A stretch of DNA of 64,000 nt from an uncultured Chloroflexia bacterium (GCA_963751345.1 CAVVUS010000030.1:352001-416000); one strand, 5' to 3'; counted from the stretch's first letter, positions 1 through 10,471 are shown. Notes: generated by a model from the sequence alone, not told the origin. Numbers and translations: made by a program.

Positions 1-912
1 CTTGATCTTGGCGTAGAGCCCAGGGTAGTGTTCTTTCATCCACAGGAAATACTGCGGCTGGCTGGCGCCGAAGACGTAGCCGGGATAGCGGTCGATCAGG
101 TCAATGGCGGTGGAGAAGGTGCGGGCGCCCTTGCGGATGGTCTCCCGGATCGGCCACAGCCAGGCGAGGTCCATATGCGCGTGGCCGACCGCGCTGATGG
201 TGAGCGAGGGATCGCCGCCGCGCTGGGCCAGCAGCGGCGCCAGGATCTCACGCGCCTCGGACGCGGCTTCCGGGATCCCAGCATATATCGCGTGAACGAC
301 GTCGGTGAGCCCCGTCAGGATCTGGTGATAGCGCGGGCTATCCTCGGGCAGCACCTTGAGGAAGTCGAGCAGCACCTCGAAGTCATAGTAGAGGCTGCGC
401 ACCTCATCCCGGCAAACGGCGATGGCGGCTTGCTGGACGGTTCCATTGCCGAGCAGTCGTCCGAAGAGATCGTTGCAGCCCGCGTCCGCCCAGACGTCGA
501 TCGTCTCGCCGCCCTTGGCGGAAGGCGTTATCTGGAAGACGTGCTTGCCGGGTCGACCCAGACTGTAGTCGAACTCCGAGCCGACCGCCGTCAACCCGCG
601 AACCGGGATACCCGCGTCGTCGAAGATGGCCATTTCGCCATTGACGTCCAACAACAGGACGACGTGTTGGCCCGCTGCTTCGGCCGGGACGGTGCCCGTG
701 AAATTGAACCAGGCGCTATCGAAAAGATCGCCCCACTTGTCACCAGCTTCCAGGCTGTAGGCCTCGCCGCTCTTGCGCTCGTTATAGGGAACCGGCTCGC
801 CGGTGCACCAGGCGCGGATGGTCAACGGCGCCATCTCGACGTAGGCCGCCTCACCGATCATCCTGAGCGCGTAATCGAGCTGGTATTTCGTGAAGAACTT
901 ATAGTCAGGCAT
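1..912 (-). CDS. Alpha-mannosidase, GH38 family (N-terminal part; runs off the window start)
   Basis: Not in the ORF track. Manual minus-strand translation from ATG at 912 (RBS AAGGAG upstream) gives MPDYKFFTKYQ...SAVGHAHMDLAWLWPIRETIRKGARTFST...ASQPQYF, containing the GH38 HxHxDxxWLW motif. Confidence 0.9.
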   Translation of the reverse strand, partial: MPDYKFFTKYQLDYALRMIGEAAYVEMAPLTIRAWCTGEPVPYNERKSGEAYSLEAGDKWGDLFDSAWFNFTGTVPAEAAGQHVVLLLDVNGEMAIFDDAGIPVRGLTAVGSEFDYSLGRPGKHVFQITPSAKGGETIDVWADAGCNDLFGRLLGNGTVQQAAIAVCRDEVRSLYYDFEVLLDFLKVLPEDSPRYHQILTGLTDVVHAIYAGIPEAASEAREILAPLLAQRGGDPSLTISAVGHAHMDLAWLWPIRETIRKGARTFSTAIDLIDRYPGYVFGASQPQYFLWMKEHYPGLYAKIK

Positions 913-980
913 ATGGCACTCTCTCCTTATTAATGTGAATATGGACTTGTATTAACCGACATTGCGATCACGCGATTCCC

Positions 981-3398
981 TCAGGCTTCAGGCGGCGGAC
1001 ACGTGTGTTCACGCGCCATAGCAGCCAGGACATCCGGACGGACTGCCACGAACTCAGAGCCGAGCTGTGCCTGCACCTCCTGAAGCTTCTCCATCGACCA
1101 TGCCCAGTTGAGCACCCATGCCCAAATGAACGCCGGGCGAGGCATAGACGCCGTGGCCTGACGGATTTCCTTGACCATCAAGTCCACGATCTCGTCGCGC
1201 GGCGTGCCCCACATCGAGCTGGTCACCGAACGGAAAACTACGACGCCGTTGGGCGCCGTACGGACCGACCCGACGTCGGGCCCCCCGCCATACCCATTGA
1301 AGATGCCCTGCAGCTGCCCATCGGACCCCTGAGCGTAACGGTCTTCCTCGGCAAGCCCGCCTTCAAAGAGCCACAAACAACTCGTGTCAAGCCACTTCAT
1401 CGCCTCATTGGTCAGTCGGGTATAGGCTGCATATAGCTGCTCCCGGTGCTCGGGATAGGCGGACAGGTAGATGCTCGGGAACGTATAGCCGATACCCAGC
1501 CCGCCGACAAGGAGGTCATTTGGCGTGGCCGTGCGAACGTAGTAGTTGTAGACCGCCGGCGCCATCACCGTAGCCCCCGGGGCGAAGGACCACCCCATCG
1601 GGAAACTTCCCCGCTCGGGTTTATCCCACTGCAGATCTCGGGTCTGCATCATCAACGCTTCACCCAGATTGTCGCCGTCGGAGATCACGTGCGCATAGTA
1701 GACCTTGGTCGGATCAAACTCCGGCACTTCCGGCGCCTTGTGACGCCACGGGCCCATCGTCACCCCGGAATGTACCGAGAGGTTGGTAGCCTCGTGAGAC
1801 GGCGTCAGCACCTTGCCGAAGTAGGAACCGTGGAGAAGGCCGGGGCCCTCCATCACAGCATCAGCAGAACGATGCTCCGGGTCCTTGTGATTGGGCATCC
1901 AGTCGAACCACCAGCCCACGATGGGCGTGTTCGGCGGCGTGGACGCCAGTATGCCCCGCAGTAGGTTTTCCTCCGCCAGGATACGGTGCTCCGGGAACCA
2001 GAAGGTGAAGATCCTGAACTGCACCAGATAGTCCGTGATCAGGAAGATGCCGGGGTAGTTCGTCGCCAGGATGCGATGGTTCATCCGCGGGAAGAGCTCC
2101 ACGTAGGCCCAGCGCATCATCTCATACTGGTTGGCCCACTTCCCCCGCGCGTCAAAGAGGGTCGGAAGCCCTTGCTCTGCAGCCATCTCAGGCGTGAGCG
2201 GGACCGCGTCCTCCAGGGCGCCGATCATCAACAGCACGTTGGTCTGGTTCAGTTGGTTGGAGTGATAGTCTCCGATTTCGTCCATGATGCTGCCATCATA
2301 GACCACGGCCCCTCTGATCTCGTCACGGAAGGTGGCCCAGACCTCCCCGGCAGTCACCTCGCGGTAGGCATAACCCTCAAACACCAACTCATCCAGCCAT
2401 TCGCGATCCTGCCGCGCGTAACGCGTGTGCAGCAGATAGAGGCGGGGCTGCGTGCGGTTGACGATCCCCTGAAGCACGCTCATCGCGAATTCCATCTGGG
2501 GGTCGGCCTCGCTCACATCGAGCACCAGCAGCTCCTCCGCGGGACGGGAGGACTTGGGCCAGAAAGTGGTGTAGGGTTCGACGTCCAGAACCGGTTCATA
2601 TCGCTGGGCGACATCGTGCAGCGGCAGATATGACCCGGTCGCTGCATGCTGTTCACGTACGGCCTGCGCCCACGCCACATCCCAGGGATTGGCAAGCGCA
2701 TCACGCTCCAACGCCTGAAGTGCGGTCTCAACACCGGCCCCATCATCGAGCGCAGCATAGACTTCCGCGAGCTCGTAGCGCGCCGCCAGACGTATCGTTG
2801 CATCGGGGGTTCCGTCTATGAGCGTCTGCAACCCAGCGATCACGCCTTCAGCAGCACCATAGGCCTCGAAACGGCACACCAAATTCCACCGAGGCATGAA
2901 GAACAGCAGCTTGAGCAGCACGCGGTTGACGCCGGGTTTCAGCGACACCAAAGCTCGCTCGAGCTCTGAGTCAGCGAGCCGAAAGATCGTCGGGTTCAGG
3001 ACAGGCTGATCGTTGACCCAGGCAAAAGCAATGCCGGAAACCCCTGTGGCGAAGTGCGCCATCTGGGGCTCCGCCACTGCCACCTCGGCGTAGAGGTAAA
3101 AGACGCTCCAGTTCTCCGCGTCCGTCCAGGCACCCAGATCCAGCGGCATCTCGAAGGTGCTCTCCAGATCCGGGATGTGCCGCCAGCTGACCAGGCGATC
3201 GTTCTTACCATTGTAGCTCGCATCCAAGTCAATGGACTGCTCGGGAGCATAGGCCTGCCGTAGGCCGCGGAAACCTGTGTTGTCAAACGGCCCAATCAAA
3301 TGGGCGTTAGTCAATCGCAGCAGGTTGGGCTCGGGCGTTACCTGGAGCCGCGCATTCTGCCACTGAGCGTATGCCGTCGGATTGTGAGTCATCATCAT
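981..3398 (-). CDS. GxGYxYP-family putative glycoside hydrolase, no obvious signal peptide
   Basis: LQGIVNR, SDGDN and GLGIGYTFP motifs; close paralog of the adjacent gene. Confidence 0.8.
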   Translation of the reverse strand: MMMTHNPTAYAQWQNARLQVTPEPNLLRLTNAHLIGPFDNTGFRGLRQAYAPEQSIDLDASYNGKNDRLVSWRHIPDLESTFEMPLDLGAWTDAENWSVFYLYAEVAVAEPQMAHFATGVSGIAFAWVNDQPVLNPTIFRLADSELERALVSLKPGVNRVLLKLLFFMPRWNLVCRFEAYGAAEGVIAGLQTLIDGTPDATIRLAARYELAEVYAALDDGAGVETALQALERDALANPWDVAWAQAVREQHAATGSYLPLHDVAQRYEPVLDVEPYTTFWPKSSRPAEELLVLDVSEADPQMEFAMSVLQGIVNRTQPRLYLLHTRYARQDREWLDELVFEGYAYREVTAGEVWATFRDEIRGAVVYDGSIMDEIGDYHSNQLNQTNVLLMIGALEDAVPLTPEMAAEQGLPTLFDARGKWANQYEMMRWAYVELFPRMNHRILATNYPGIFLITDYLVQFRIFTFWFPEHRILAEENLLRGILASTPPNTPIVGWWFDWMPNHKDPEHRSADAVMEGPGLLHGSYFGKVLTPSHEATNLSVHSGVTMGPWRHKAPEVPEFDPTKVYYAHVISDGDNLGEALMMQTRDLQWDKPERGSFPMGWSFAPGATVMAPAVYNYYVRTATPNDLLVGGLGIGYTFPSIYLSAYPEHREQLYAAYTRLTNEAMKWLDTSCLWLFEGGLAEEDRYAQGSDGQLQGIFNGYGGGPDVGSVRTAPNGVVVFRSVTSSMWGTPRDEIVDLMVKEIRQATASMPRPAFIWAWVLNWAWSMEKLQEVQAQLGSEFVAVRPDVLAAMAREHTCPPPEA

Positions 3399-3406
3399 CG
3401 TCTCCT

Positions 3407-5944
3407 TTATTGTGGACGCTGGGCTAACGAGACCAACACGTCAGGCCGAACTCCAACGTACTCCGGGCCGAGGCGATCCTGGACTTCCATGAGCATGTCC
3501 ATTGACCAGGCCCAGTTCAAGACCCAGGCCTCGACAAAAGCGGGGCGTTTGTGCCCGGCGGCCTCCTGGATCTCGTAGACCATCCGGTTAATGAGCTCCT
3601 CGCGGGACTTACCGGAGGTCATGCCGGTCGCAGGATGAAAAACCACGACATTGTTCGGCGCGATCCGCACCGAGGCCGTCTGGGGGCTGCCTCCGTAACC
3701 GTTGAAGATGCCCTTGAGCCGGCCATTGCCGTCGGTGCCCGGAGCTCCCTCAGCATAACGGTCCTCAGCAGCCTGAGTGCCACGGATCAGCCACAGACAA
3801 TCGGTGTCGATCCAACCCAGCGCATCGCTGGTCATCTTGGCGTAGGTCGTGTAGAGCGAGTCACGCTGGTCGGGGTATGCGCGCAGATAGACATCGGGCT
3901 CGGTGTAGCCGACGCCCAGTCCACCAACCAGGAGATCGTTGGGCGTGGCCGTTCGCAGGTAGTAGTTGAGGACCGTCGGCGCCATCCGCGCCGCCCCAGG
4001 AGCGAAGGACCACCCCATCGGCACATCGCCGCGTTGGGGCTTGTCCCACTGGAGATCACGGGTGCGCATCATCAGAGCCTCGCCCAGGTTGTCACCATCG
4101 GAGATCACGTGCGCGTAATAGACCTTGGTGGGGTCGAATTCGGGCGTGGGCGGGCTCTTGGCTTCCCACGGACCCACCGCCACGCCGGAGTGAACGGAGA
4201 GATTGGTCGCCTCGTGAGAGGGGGTCAGCACCTTGCCGAAGTAGGAGCCCCGAATGAGCCCGGGCGCCTCCATCACGGCGTCCGCTTCTTTGTGCACGGG
4301 ATCCTGGGGATTCGGCATCCAGTCGAACCACCAGCCGACGATCGGCGTGTTGGGTGGGGTGGAGGCCAGGATACCGCGCAGTAGGTTTTCCTCCGGCTGC
4401 GTGCGTTCCTGGGGGAACCAGAAGGTGAAGATCTGATTCTCGACCAGGTAGTCGGTCAGGAGGAAAATGCCGGGATAATCGGTCGCCACGATGCGATGGT
4501 TCATCTGGGGGAAAAGCTCTCTATAGGCCCAGCTCATCATGTCATACTGGTTCGCCCACTTACCCCGCGCATCAAAGAGCACCGGCAGTCCCAACTCTTT
4601 GTTCATCTCCTCCGTCAGTGGGACGGCCTGCTGCAACGACGAGATCATCATCAACACGTTGGTCTGGTTGAGCTGATCCGAGTGATAGGCGCCGATCTCA
4701 TCCATGATCGAACCATCATAAATCACGGCGCCTGAGATTTCGGACCGGAATGCATTCCAGACGTCGTCCACGGAGACGTCGCGATACGTATAGCCCTCAT
4801 AGACGAGCTCCTGGAGCCACTGCCAGTCCTGGCGCGAGTAGCGCGTGTGGAGCAGATAGAGGCGCGGCTGGGTGCGATTGACCAGTCCCTGTAGCACACT
4901 CATCGCGAACTCCATCTGCGGGCTCATCGAGCTCACGTCGAGCACCATCAGCTCTTGGGCCGGCGCCGAAGACTGAGGCCAGAAGGAGTCGTAGGGGGTC
5001 ACCGACGTCACAGGTTGGTAGTTGATATTGACGTCGTGGATGGGCATGTAGCTGCCGGTCTTGTCGGCTTGCGCCGCCACGGCATCGGCCCAAGTGACGT
5101 CCCAATCTGTGGCAAGAGGATCTCGCTTGAGTGCCGCCAGGGCGTTTTTGACTTGCCGCTGCTGATCCATAGCAGCCTCGATCTCAACCAGCTTGTATCG
5201 CGCGACCATGCGCGTGGTCGGGTCGGGCGCACCGGAGATCAAGCGGTCAACCCCGCTGACGATCGGCTGTGGATCGCCGTAGTTCGCGGTCTGCACTTGA
5301 AGAGACCAGTTAGCAGTGGTATACATCAACTTCAGCATCAGCCGATTCGTCCCTGCCTGCAGCCCGATCAAGGCGCGGTTGTGCTCAAGATCAGTGAACG
5401 GCCACGAGATCGCCGGGGCATAGGCCTTATGCCAGGCTGCATCCGGACCATTGCTAAGCCAGGCCTCCACCGAATCGGGGCCGCCAAACCGCAGCTCCGC
5501 CAACTGAGGGTCCTGCACCTCGATTTCGGCATAGACGTAGAGCACGCTCTCAGGCGCGGACGGCATGAAGAGACTCAACGCCAACGGAGAGAGATACGTG
5601 GATTCCAGGCCAGGCGACGCTTTCCATTGAACCGTCTCCCCATCCTTACCGGTGGCGGTTGCGCCGAAGTCGATCGACGGGCTTGACGCAAGGGTCTGTT
5701 CCGGCGGATAGACTTCGTCATAGCCCCGATACTCTGTGTGATCAAAGGGGCCGATCATCTGAGCATTCCGCAACTGCAGCAGCGTGGGTTCCGGAACGAT
5801 CTGTTGCCAGGCCTCAGTCCAGCGGCCCATCGCTGTCGGATCGTCGGTGTTCAAGGTAACCTTTGTTGCTGTACAGCCAACCGCCAAAGTTCCCAGAAGC
5901 AACGCGAGGCACAACCATCGCGTCGTAGTTGAGTGGAATGACAT
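3407..5944 (-). CDS. GxGYxYP-family putative glycoside hydrolase, lipoprotein
   Basis: Likely start MSFHSTTTRW at 5944; lipobox LAVGC; LQGLVNR, SDGDN and GLGVGYTEP motifs. Confidence 0.8.
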   Translation of the reverse strand: MSFHSTTTRWLCLALLLGTLAVGCTATKVTLNTDDPTAMGRWTEAWQQIVPEPTLLQLRNAQMIGPFDHTEYRGYDEVYPPEQTLASSPSIDFGATATGKDGETVQWKASPGLESTYLSPLALSLFMPSAPESVLYVYAEIEVQDPQLAELRFGGPDSVEAWLSNGPDAAWHKAYAPAISWPFTDLEHNRALIGLQAGTNRLMLKLMYTTANWSLQVQTANYGDPQPIVSGVDRLISGAPDPTTRMVARYKLVEIEAAMDQQRQVKNALAALKRDPLATDWDVTWADAVAAQADKTGSYMPIHDVNINYQPVTSVTPYDSFWPQSSAPAQELMVLDVSSMSPQMEFAMSVLQGLVNRTQPRLYLLHTRYSRQDWQWLQELVYEGYTYRDVSVDDVWNAFRSEISGAVIYDGSIMDEIGAYHSDQLNQTNVLMMISSLQQAVPLTEEMNKELGLPVLFDARGKWANQYDMMSWAYRELFPQMNHRIVATDYPGIFLLTDYLVENQIFTFWFPQERTQPEENLLRGILASTPPNTPIVGWWFDWMPNPQDPVHKEADAVMEAPGLIRGSYFGKVLTPSHEATNLSVHSGVAVGPWEAKSPPTPEFDPTKVYYAHVISDGDNLGEALMMRTRDLQWDKPQRGDVPMGWSFAPGAARMAPTVLNYYLRTATPNDLLVGGLGVGYTEPDVYLRAYPDQRDSLYTTYAKMTSDALGWIDTDCLWLIRGTQAAEDRYAEGAPGTDGNGRLKGIFNGYGGSPQTASVRIAPNNVVVFHPATGMTSGKSREELINRMVYEIQEAAGHKRPAFVEAWVLNWAWSMDMLMEVQDRLGPEYVGVRPDVLVSLAQRPQ

Positions 5945-6053
5945 ACGAGACAACCTCTCATCATCTATGAAAGCCGGCCTCAACTCCACAGTCCGGGAAA
6001 GACAATCACGACTGTGGAACCGAGACCGGCTGACACAGCTTATCGTATGGGTC

Positions 6054-6578
6054 TCAATGACAGGTAGGACAGTGGGATTTGAACGAGATCCCTATTGTGT
6101 CCCCCACGGTATTCCTGACCGTCAGATTGACCGAGCATCTCCGTCGGGAGAAATCCATCGGCCAGCCCCGGTACGTCGTCGTCCCGCCGGTCGGCTCAGA
6201 CTCCACCGGCGTAAGCCAACTCGTCAGGTCTCGGTGCTCGCCATCCGCACACACATATTCGACCGACACCAGCTCATCGTCAACGGTCAGCTCATCGTAC
6301 TGAACACTGTACATAGGGCGATGCGAATAGACTCTGACGGTGCCGACGGGCACCGGCTCACTGATCGATTGATCGTAGGCCGCCCCAAGGTCGACAGTCT
6401 GCACCTCCGCGGACAGTACCTCGCTCATCATCGTCGGAGCCACCGAGAGCACATCCGGCAGCGATGTTGGCGGAGGATCGAGAGAATTGCCTCGCACTGC
6501 CGCCTGACACCCAGACATCATCAGACTCACACCCAACACTATGACCAACGGTACAACGGCTCGCATCTCCTGCCCCAT
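6054..6578 (-). CDS. Hypothetical lipoprotein
   Basis: Hydrophobic N-terminus ending MMSGC; co-oriented with the operon; RBS-like GGGGAG upstream. Confidence 0.55.
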   Translation of the reverse strand: MGQEMRAVVPLVIVLGVSLMMSGCQAAVRGNSLDPPPTSLPDVLSVAPTMMSEVLSAEVQTVDLGAAYDQSISEPVPVGTVRVYSHRPMYSVQYDELTVDDELVSVEYVCADGEHRDLTSWLTPVESEPTGGTTTYRGWPMDFSRRRCSVNLTVRNTVGDTIGISFKSHCPTCH

Positions 6579-6665
6579 AACTCGATCGCTATCTCCCCGC
6601 TGGGCCCAACGTCCAACGGGGTATGTTTCGCGTTATCTGATGCCGAACCCGCTTCCGACTCAACC

Positions 6666-6791
6666 TAGTGGTCAGTAAACTCGGTTGCCGGACTCTGCCA
6701 TCCTTGCGGGGCACAGATCCTTCACGTCCCCACGCTGCGTGGGGCACGTTCAGGATGACAGTTGCCACGGATCAACTTAAAAGAGCACTAG
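6666..6791. mobile_element. MITE-like element, copy 1
   Basis: CTAGTGGTCAGTAA...GAGCACTAG ends; internal CTTCACG..CCCAC...TCAGGATGACA hairpin shared with 37426-37577 and 41120-41250. Confidence 0.55.
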
Positions 6792-8131
6792 GTCAGAGAG
6801 ATGCGGACCGACACTCCCGCAGGTTGGTTGGAGAAGCGGACGAGTGCAGTCTTCGATGCAGCATCCCACTCCATCGCGACGTCCGACCCCTCACCCGACA
6901 CGAACGTCGGTGCCGAGGGCAGACTCACACGCACCGCACACTCCGTCCCTGCCATCCCTTCGGCGGTGAACGTGAGCCCATCCTGACTCGCCTGCTCATC
7001 CTCGACTCGCCCGGCTGCCGCGATGACCCACGGGCCTTCGGGACACCGAGCCAGGTCATAGAGCAGCCACCGGGTGTCGGGCGCAATCTGCGGGTCCGTG
7101 ACGACCGCCAAATCAGGATCGTAGAGATTGACGTAGGTGCCCGGCAACGTCAAAGTCGTGTCCTCTGTCTCGTCCATCCCCGCGGCGACGATGTAGGGAC
7201 CGCGCCGCAGGACAAGATGATTGCCGGGGGTCCACGGTAGTCCCACCGTCTCGCACGCTGAGGCTACTTGCGCCAGCACCTGCTCAGGGCCGGATTCGTC
7301 GTGCGCCAGGGCAGCCGGTGACGCCGGCACGACCACGAGATGCCCCTCGTCGACTCCATAAGTGCCGGCCTTCGGGGAGCGGCCCACGCCCAACAGCTCG
7401 GTCAAGTGTGCCTGGGGGCGGGCATAGGACATGCCATCCTGATTCCACCACTCGCGCACACCGTCGTAGGCATCACCGATGCCAAAAAGGAGCAGCACAT
7501 TGCCTGCACGGACCCACGCAGCCAGTGACTCGTGGACGTCCGGAGAGAGAGGCTTCTGTCCCTCGTAGGTAAGCAACAGGAGTTGCACGTTGTCCAGATA
7601 GCCGGGATCGCCAGCCCGTTCGAGCTGGACCATATCCAATGCGACGCCGTGCTTGACCAACGGCATAGCCAGGCCATAGAGCGAGGACATATCGGGGTCG
7701 CTCGGCTCGGGGTCGCCCCGCTGGAACATCAGCGAGTCGGCGATGCCCAGCCCAATGCCGGTCATCCCGTGAAGGTATTCGGTGTCCTCGGGCCAATCCA
7801 TATCCCGAAGCGCATTGTAGACGACCTGTAGTTCGGTGCTGTAGGACTGGGGGATCATTTCCAGATCGTCGGTGGGCCGGTGCATGAACCTAGCCAGTGC
7901 GTTACGAATGCGCTGAGCGTCCTCCTGATCCTCCCATTGGGCCAGATCCCGATAGAGACCGTTAGCCGTCGCCCGGATATCACCAAAGCGGAGAGACTTG
8001 GATTCCGTCGCGAGGTTCGCAAACCCAAGCGTCTCACGTTTGCTCTCCTGACCTTTTTCATCGTAGAACTTGATGAAGAGATCGAACGCACGTTGGGTAT
8101 CGGCGTACAGCTCCTCCGGATCGTAATTCAT
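6788..8131 (-). CDS. C-terminal part of an uncharacterised glycoside-hydrolase-like protein
   Basis: Overlaps the upstream ORF by ATGA. LLLLTYEGQKP...LAAWVRAG resembles a beta-galactosidase trimerisation-type domain. May be one gene with 8128-9255. Confidence 0.6.
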   Translation of the reverse strand: MNYDPEELYADTQRAFDLFIKFYDEKGQESKRETLGFANLATESKSLRFGDIRATANGLYRDLAQWEDQEDAQRIRNALARFMHRPTDDLEMIPQSYSTELQVVYNALRDMDWPEDTEYLHGMTGIGLGIADSLMFQRGDPEPSDPDMSSLYGLAMPLVKHGVALDMVQLERAGDPGYLDNVQLLLLTYEGQKPLSPDVHESLAAWVRAGNVLLLFGIGDAYDGVREWWNQDGMSYARPQAHLTELLGVGRSPKAGTYGVDEGHLVVVPASPAALAHDESGPEQVLAQVASACETVGLPWTPGNHLVLRRGPYIVAAGMDETEDTTLTLPGTYVNLYDPDLAVVTDPQIAPDTRWLLYDLARCPEGPWVIAAAGRVEDEQASQDGLTFTAEGMAGTECAVRVSLPSAPTFVSGEGSDVAMEWDAASKTALVRFSNQPAGVSVRISLT

Positions 8132-9255
8132 CCATCGGGGACGGCGCTGTGCTCTGACTCCCGTCTGCCGACCTGGGGTCCTGCCTCAGCCTCTGCCTTG
8201 AGGCGGGAGAGGTAATCCTCCATCATCGGCTGGAGCGGATCCGCCATCAGGTTGTGGGTCGGGTAAGAGCCAAAGAAGACCCGACGCGGCCACGGCATAA
8301 TCTCAAAACGCTCACTCCCCGCTACCAGCAACGAACCGGTTACCGTGCACTCCCAATTCACACGATAGTCCTCCCAAGAGTAGGAGGGATTGTCCTCAAT
8401 GGGATCCGCCAGCATCCATACCTGCTTCTCCGTACCTCGGACGATCGCGTCACAGGAGGCGTATTCACAATAGCCGGCCTCAAGCGTTCGCTGTCGTGGG
8501 ACGCCGCGATAGACGTTGGGCGTACGCGAGGTGCCCGTCCAGACTTGCCCGATCAGACCATCAAAATCCGGGATCGTCAGGAGTTGGCTTTCCGGGCTGA
8601 CAATGCGCCAGTGCGCGTAGTTGACGAGACTGTGGGTCGGCACGTAGCACTTGAAATCAAGGTTGCCCTTTTCAGCTGCATACGTCTTGAGATCGTGGAA
8701 AAGGTAGGCCAACGTCCGGGTGTAGAGATACTGCTTGAGCTTGGCCGCGCGGTATCGAGCATCAGGAGAGGACGCAGGATCCTGCCATGGCTCGTCGTAG
8801 AACTCGGCCCACTCGCGCTTGAAGCCCTCGCCATACCCTCCACGAACCCAGAACTCGGGCTCCTCCAGGTGAATTGCCAGCGCGCCGGCATCGACAACGC
8901 GCTTCAGTCCCTCACTCAAATAGCGAGCATAGGTCTTGCTGGGCATCATGTAGAACATATCGTGCCCCTGACCAAGCCCGTGCTCCAGCTTGAAGCCACC
9001 CTCGGCCGCCTGGGCATCGTCGTAGTGCTGCCGGCCATCCCACTCGCCGCGCACGTAGGCCTGGTAGCCGCCCCACGCCACGCCGGTCATCACATGGATG
9101 CGATAGCCGGCCTCGCGCCAGCGATTAACCCGCTCCTCAAATGTATCGTTCAGCCCATAGACGATGGCGACGTCGGCACGACTGTCGGTCTCCGGGAAAT
9201 AGGGGCTGGACTCCTGAAATGCCGTGCGCTCTTCCGAGCGATCGTGTTTTCGCAT
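8128..9255 (-). CDS. N-terminal, TIM-barrel-like part of an uncharacterised glycoside-hydrolase-like protein
   Basis: Motifs DVAIVYG, MTGVAWG, HLEEPEFW, QVWTGT and DPIEDNP; sits in the carbohydrate operon. Confidence 0.6.
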   Translation of the reverse strand: MRKHDRSEERTAFQESSPYFPETDSRADVAIVYGLNDTFEERVNRWREAGYRIHVMTGVAWGGYQAYVRGEWDGRQHYDDAQAAEGGFKLEHGLGQGHDMFYMMPSKTYARYLSEGLKRVVDAGALAIHLEEPEFWVRGGYGEGFKREWAEFYDEPWQDPASSPDARYRAAKLKQYLYTRTLAYLFHDLKTYAAEKGNLDFKCYVPTHSLVNYAHWRIVSPESQLLTIPDFDGLIGQVWTGTSRTPNVYRGVPRQRTLEAGYCEYASCDAIVRGTEKQVWMLADPIEDNPSYSWEDYRVNWECTVTGSLLVAGSERFEIMPWPRRVFFGSYPTHNLMADPLQPMMEDYLSRLKAEAEAGPQVGRRESEHSAVPDG

Positions 9256-9274
9256 GGTTACTCCATTGTGAAGG

Positions 9275-9317
9275 CGTTTGAACGTTCGAACGTTTGCACG
9301 TTCGAACGTTCAAACGT
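9275..9317. repeat. Short tandem octamer repeat (ACGTTCGA-like)
   Basis: cgtttgaacgttcgaacgtttgcacgttcgaacgttcaaacgt; same type at 10491-10530 and 34241-34293. Confidence 0.75.
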
Positions 9318-9331
9318 CCCTCTATTCCTCG

Positions 9332-10471
9332 TTACCCAATCCGCCAGGTAGCGTTGTCGACCAACTCGATCTTGCCGCTCGCCGCCGAACGAACGCCGGC
9401 GTCAAGGATCGACATCACGTCAACGTTGAACCAGAGCCCCAGCGAGGGGTGCAGCGGCTCACCGGTCTCAAGGTGATGGATGTACTCTTCGGCCACAGTC
9501 TGCCGACCCTCGGGAAGGGGCTCTACATCATAGATGGTGGTCCGGCCATGGCCACGTTCGAGCCGTACAATCTGGTTGTCGCCCTTGCGGTCCACAACCA
9601 GGGTGCCCGTGGTTCCGTAGACGATGGGGCCGGTCGGTACACCATGATCGAACGTCGTCCACGTGCCCTCGAGCAGGGCCATCGCGTTGGGGAACCGCAC
9701 CACGATCACACCGTTGTCCTCAGCGTCGCCCCAGTGACTGTTGAGGTTGGCCTTCATACCCATCGCTGCCGTCGCCTTCTCGCCGACGTACCAGTAGGAG
9801 ATCATCGCGCCGTAGCAGCAGAAGTCGAGCATTGCGCCACCATGCGCCGCAGCCTGATGCCACCACGTAGCAGCGCGCTCCGGCCCGGTCATCCCCTCGA
9901 CGACCTCACTCACACCTTCGTGCGCCGCAGAGGGACCCAGCGGCCCGGTGTGCCCAGCCCGCCACTTGACCTCCAGCACTCTGCCGATCACGCCCTCGTC
10001 GATGAGCTCCTTGGCCTTGCGCGCCGCCGGTGACCACGTGAGCGGCCAGTTGACCAGCAACTGGGTGCCAGCGGCCTCGCAAGCGCGGGCCATTCGCAGG
10101 GCGTCGGAGAGCGTACCGGCCATCGGCTTCTCAATGCAGACGTTGGCGCCTGCGGCAGCACATGCCTCGACGATCTCGGCATGTCTGGCGTTCTCGGAGG
10201 TGATGATGACGATGTCCAACGGCGTGCCCGCCGCCTTCTCTTTCTCCAGCATCTCCTTGTAGTTGTCGTAGGCCTTGGCCACGCCCAGCTCAGTCATCGC
10301 ATGCTGCTTGTTCCACGCACGGGTATAGGGTGCGACCCGAAGCTCCGGTTTGGCCGGCTCCGTGTCCGCACACGCGGCCATCACCACCTGGGGGTGTTTG
10401 GCGTAGAGCGCGGCCACGTTGTTGATGTGCATGTGCCCGAATCCAGCAATACCTACACGGTATGTCTTCAT
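9332..10471 (-). CDS. Gfo/Idh/MocA family oxidoreductase
   Basis: N-terminal VGIAGFGHMH Rossmann fold, EKPMA and GGAMLDFCCY motifs. Confidence 0.9.
   Translation of the reverse strand: MKTYRVGIAGFGHMHINNVAALYAKHPQVVMAACADTEPAKPELRVAPYTRAWNKQHAMTELGVAKAYDNYKEMLEKEKAAGTPLDIVIITSENARHAEIVEACAAAGANVCIEKPMAGTLSDALRMARACEAAGTQLLVNWPLTWSPAARKAKELIDEGVIGRVLEVKWRAGHTGPLGPSAAHEGVSEVVEGMTGPERAATWWHQAAAHGGAMLDFCCYGAMISYWYVGEKATAAMGMKANLNSHWGDAEDNGVIVVRFPNAMALLEGTWTTFDHGVPTGPIVYGTTGTLVVDRKGDNQIVRLERGHGRTTIYDVEPLPEGRQTVAEEYIHHLETGEPLHPSLGLWFNVDVMSILDAGVRSAASGKIELVDNATWRIG

Noticed and set aside
28-933. 301-aa plus-strand ORF and similar long antisense ORFs (e.g. 27765-29507, 37458-38957)
   Set aside because: These are shadow ORFs opposite clear minus- or plus-strand genes in GC-rich DNA.
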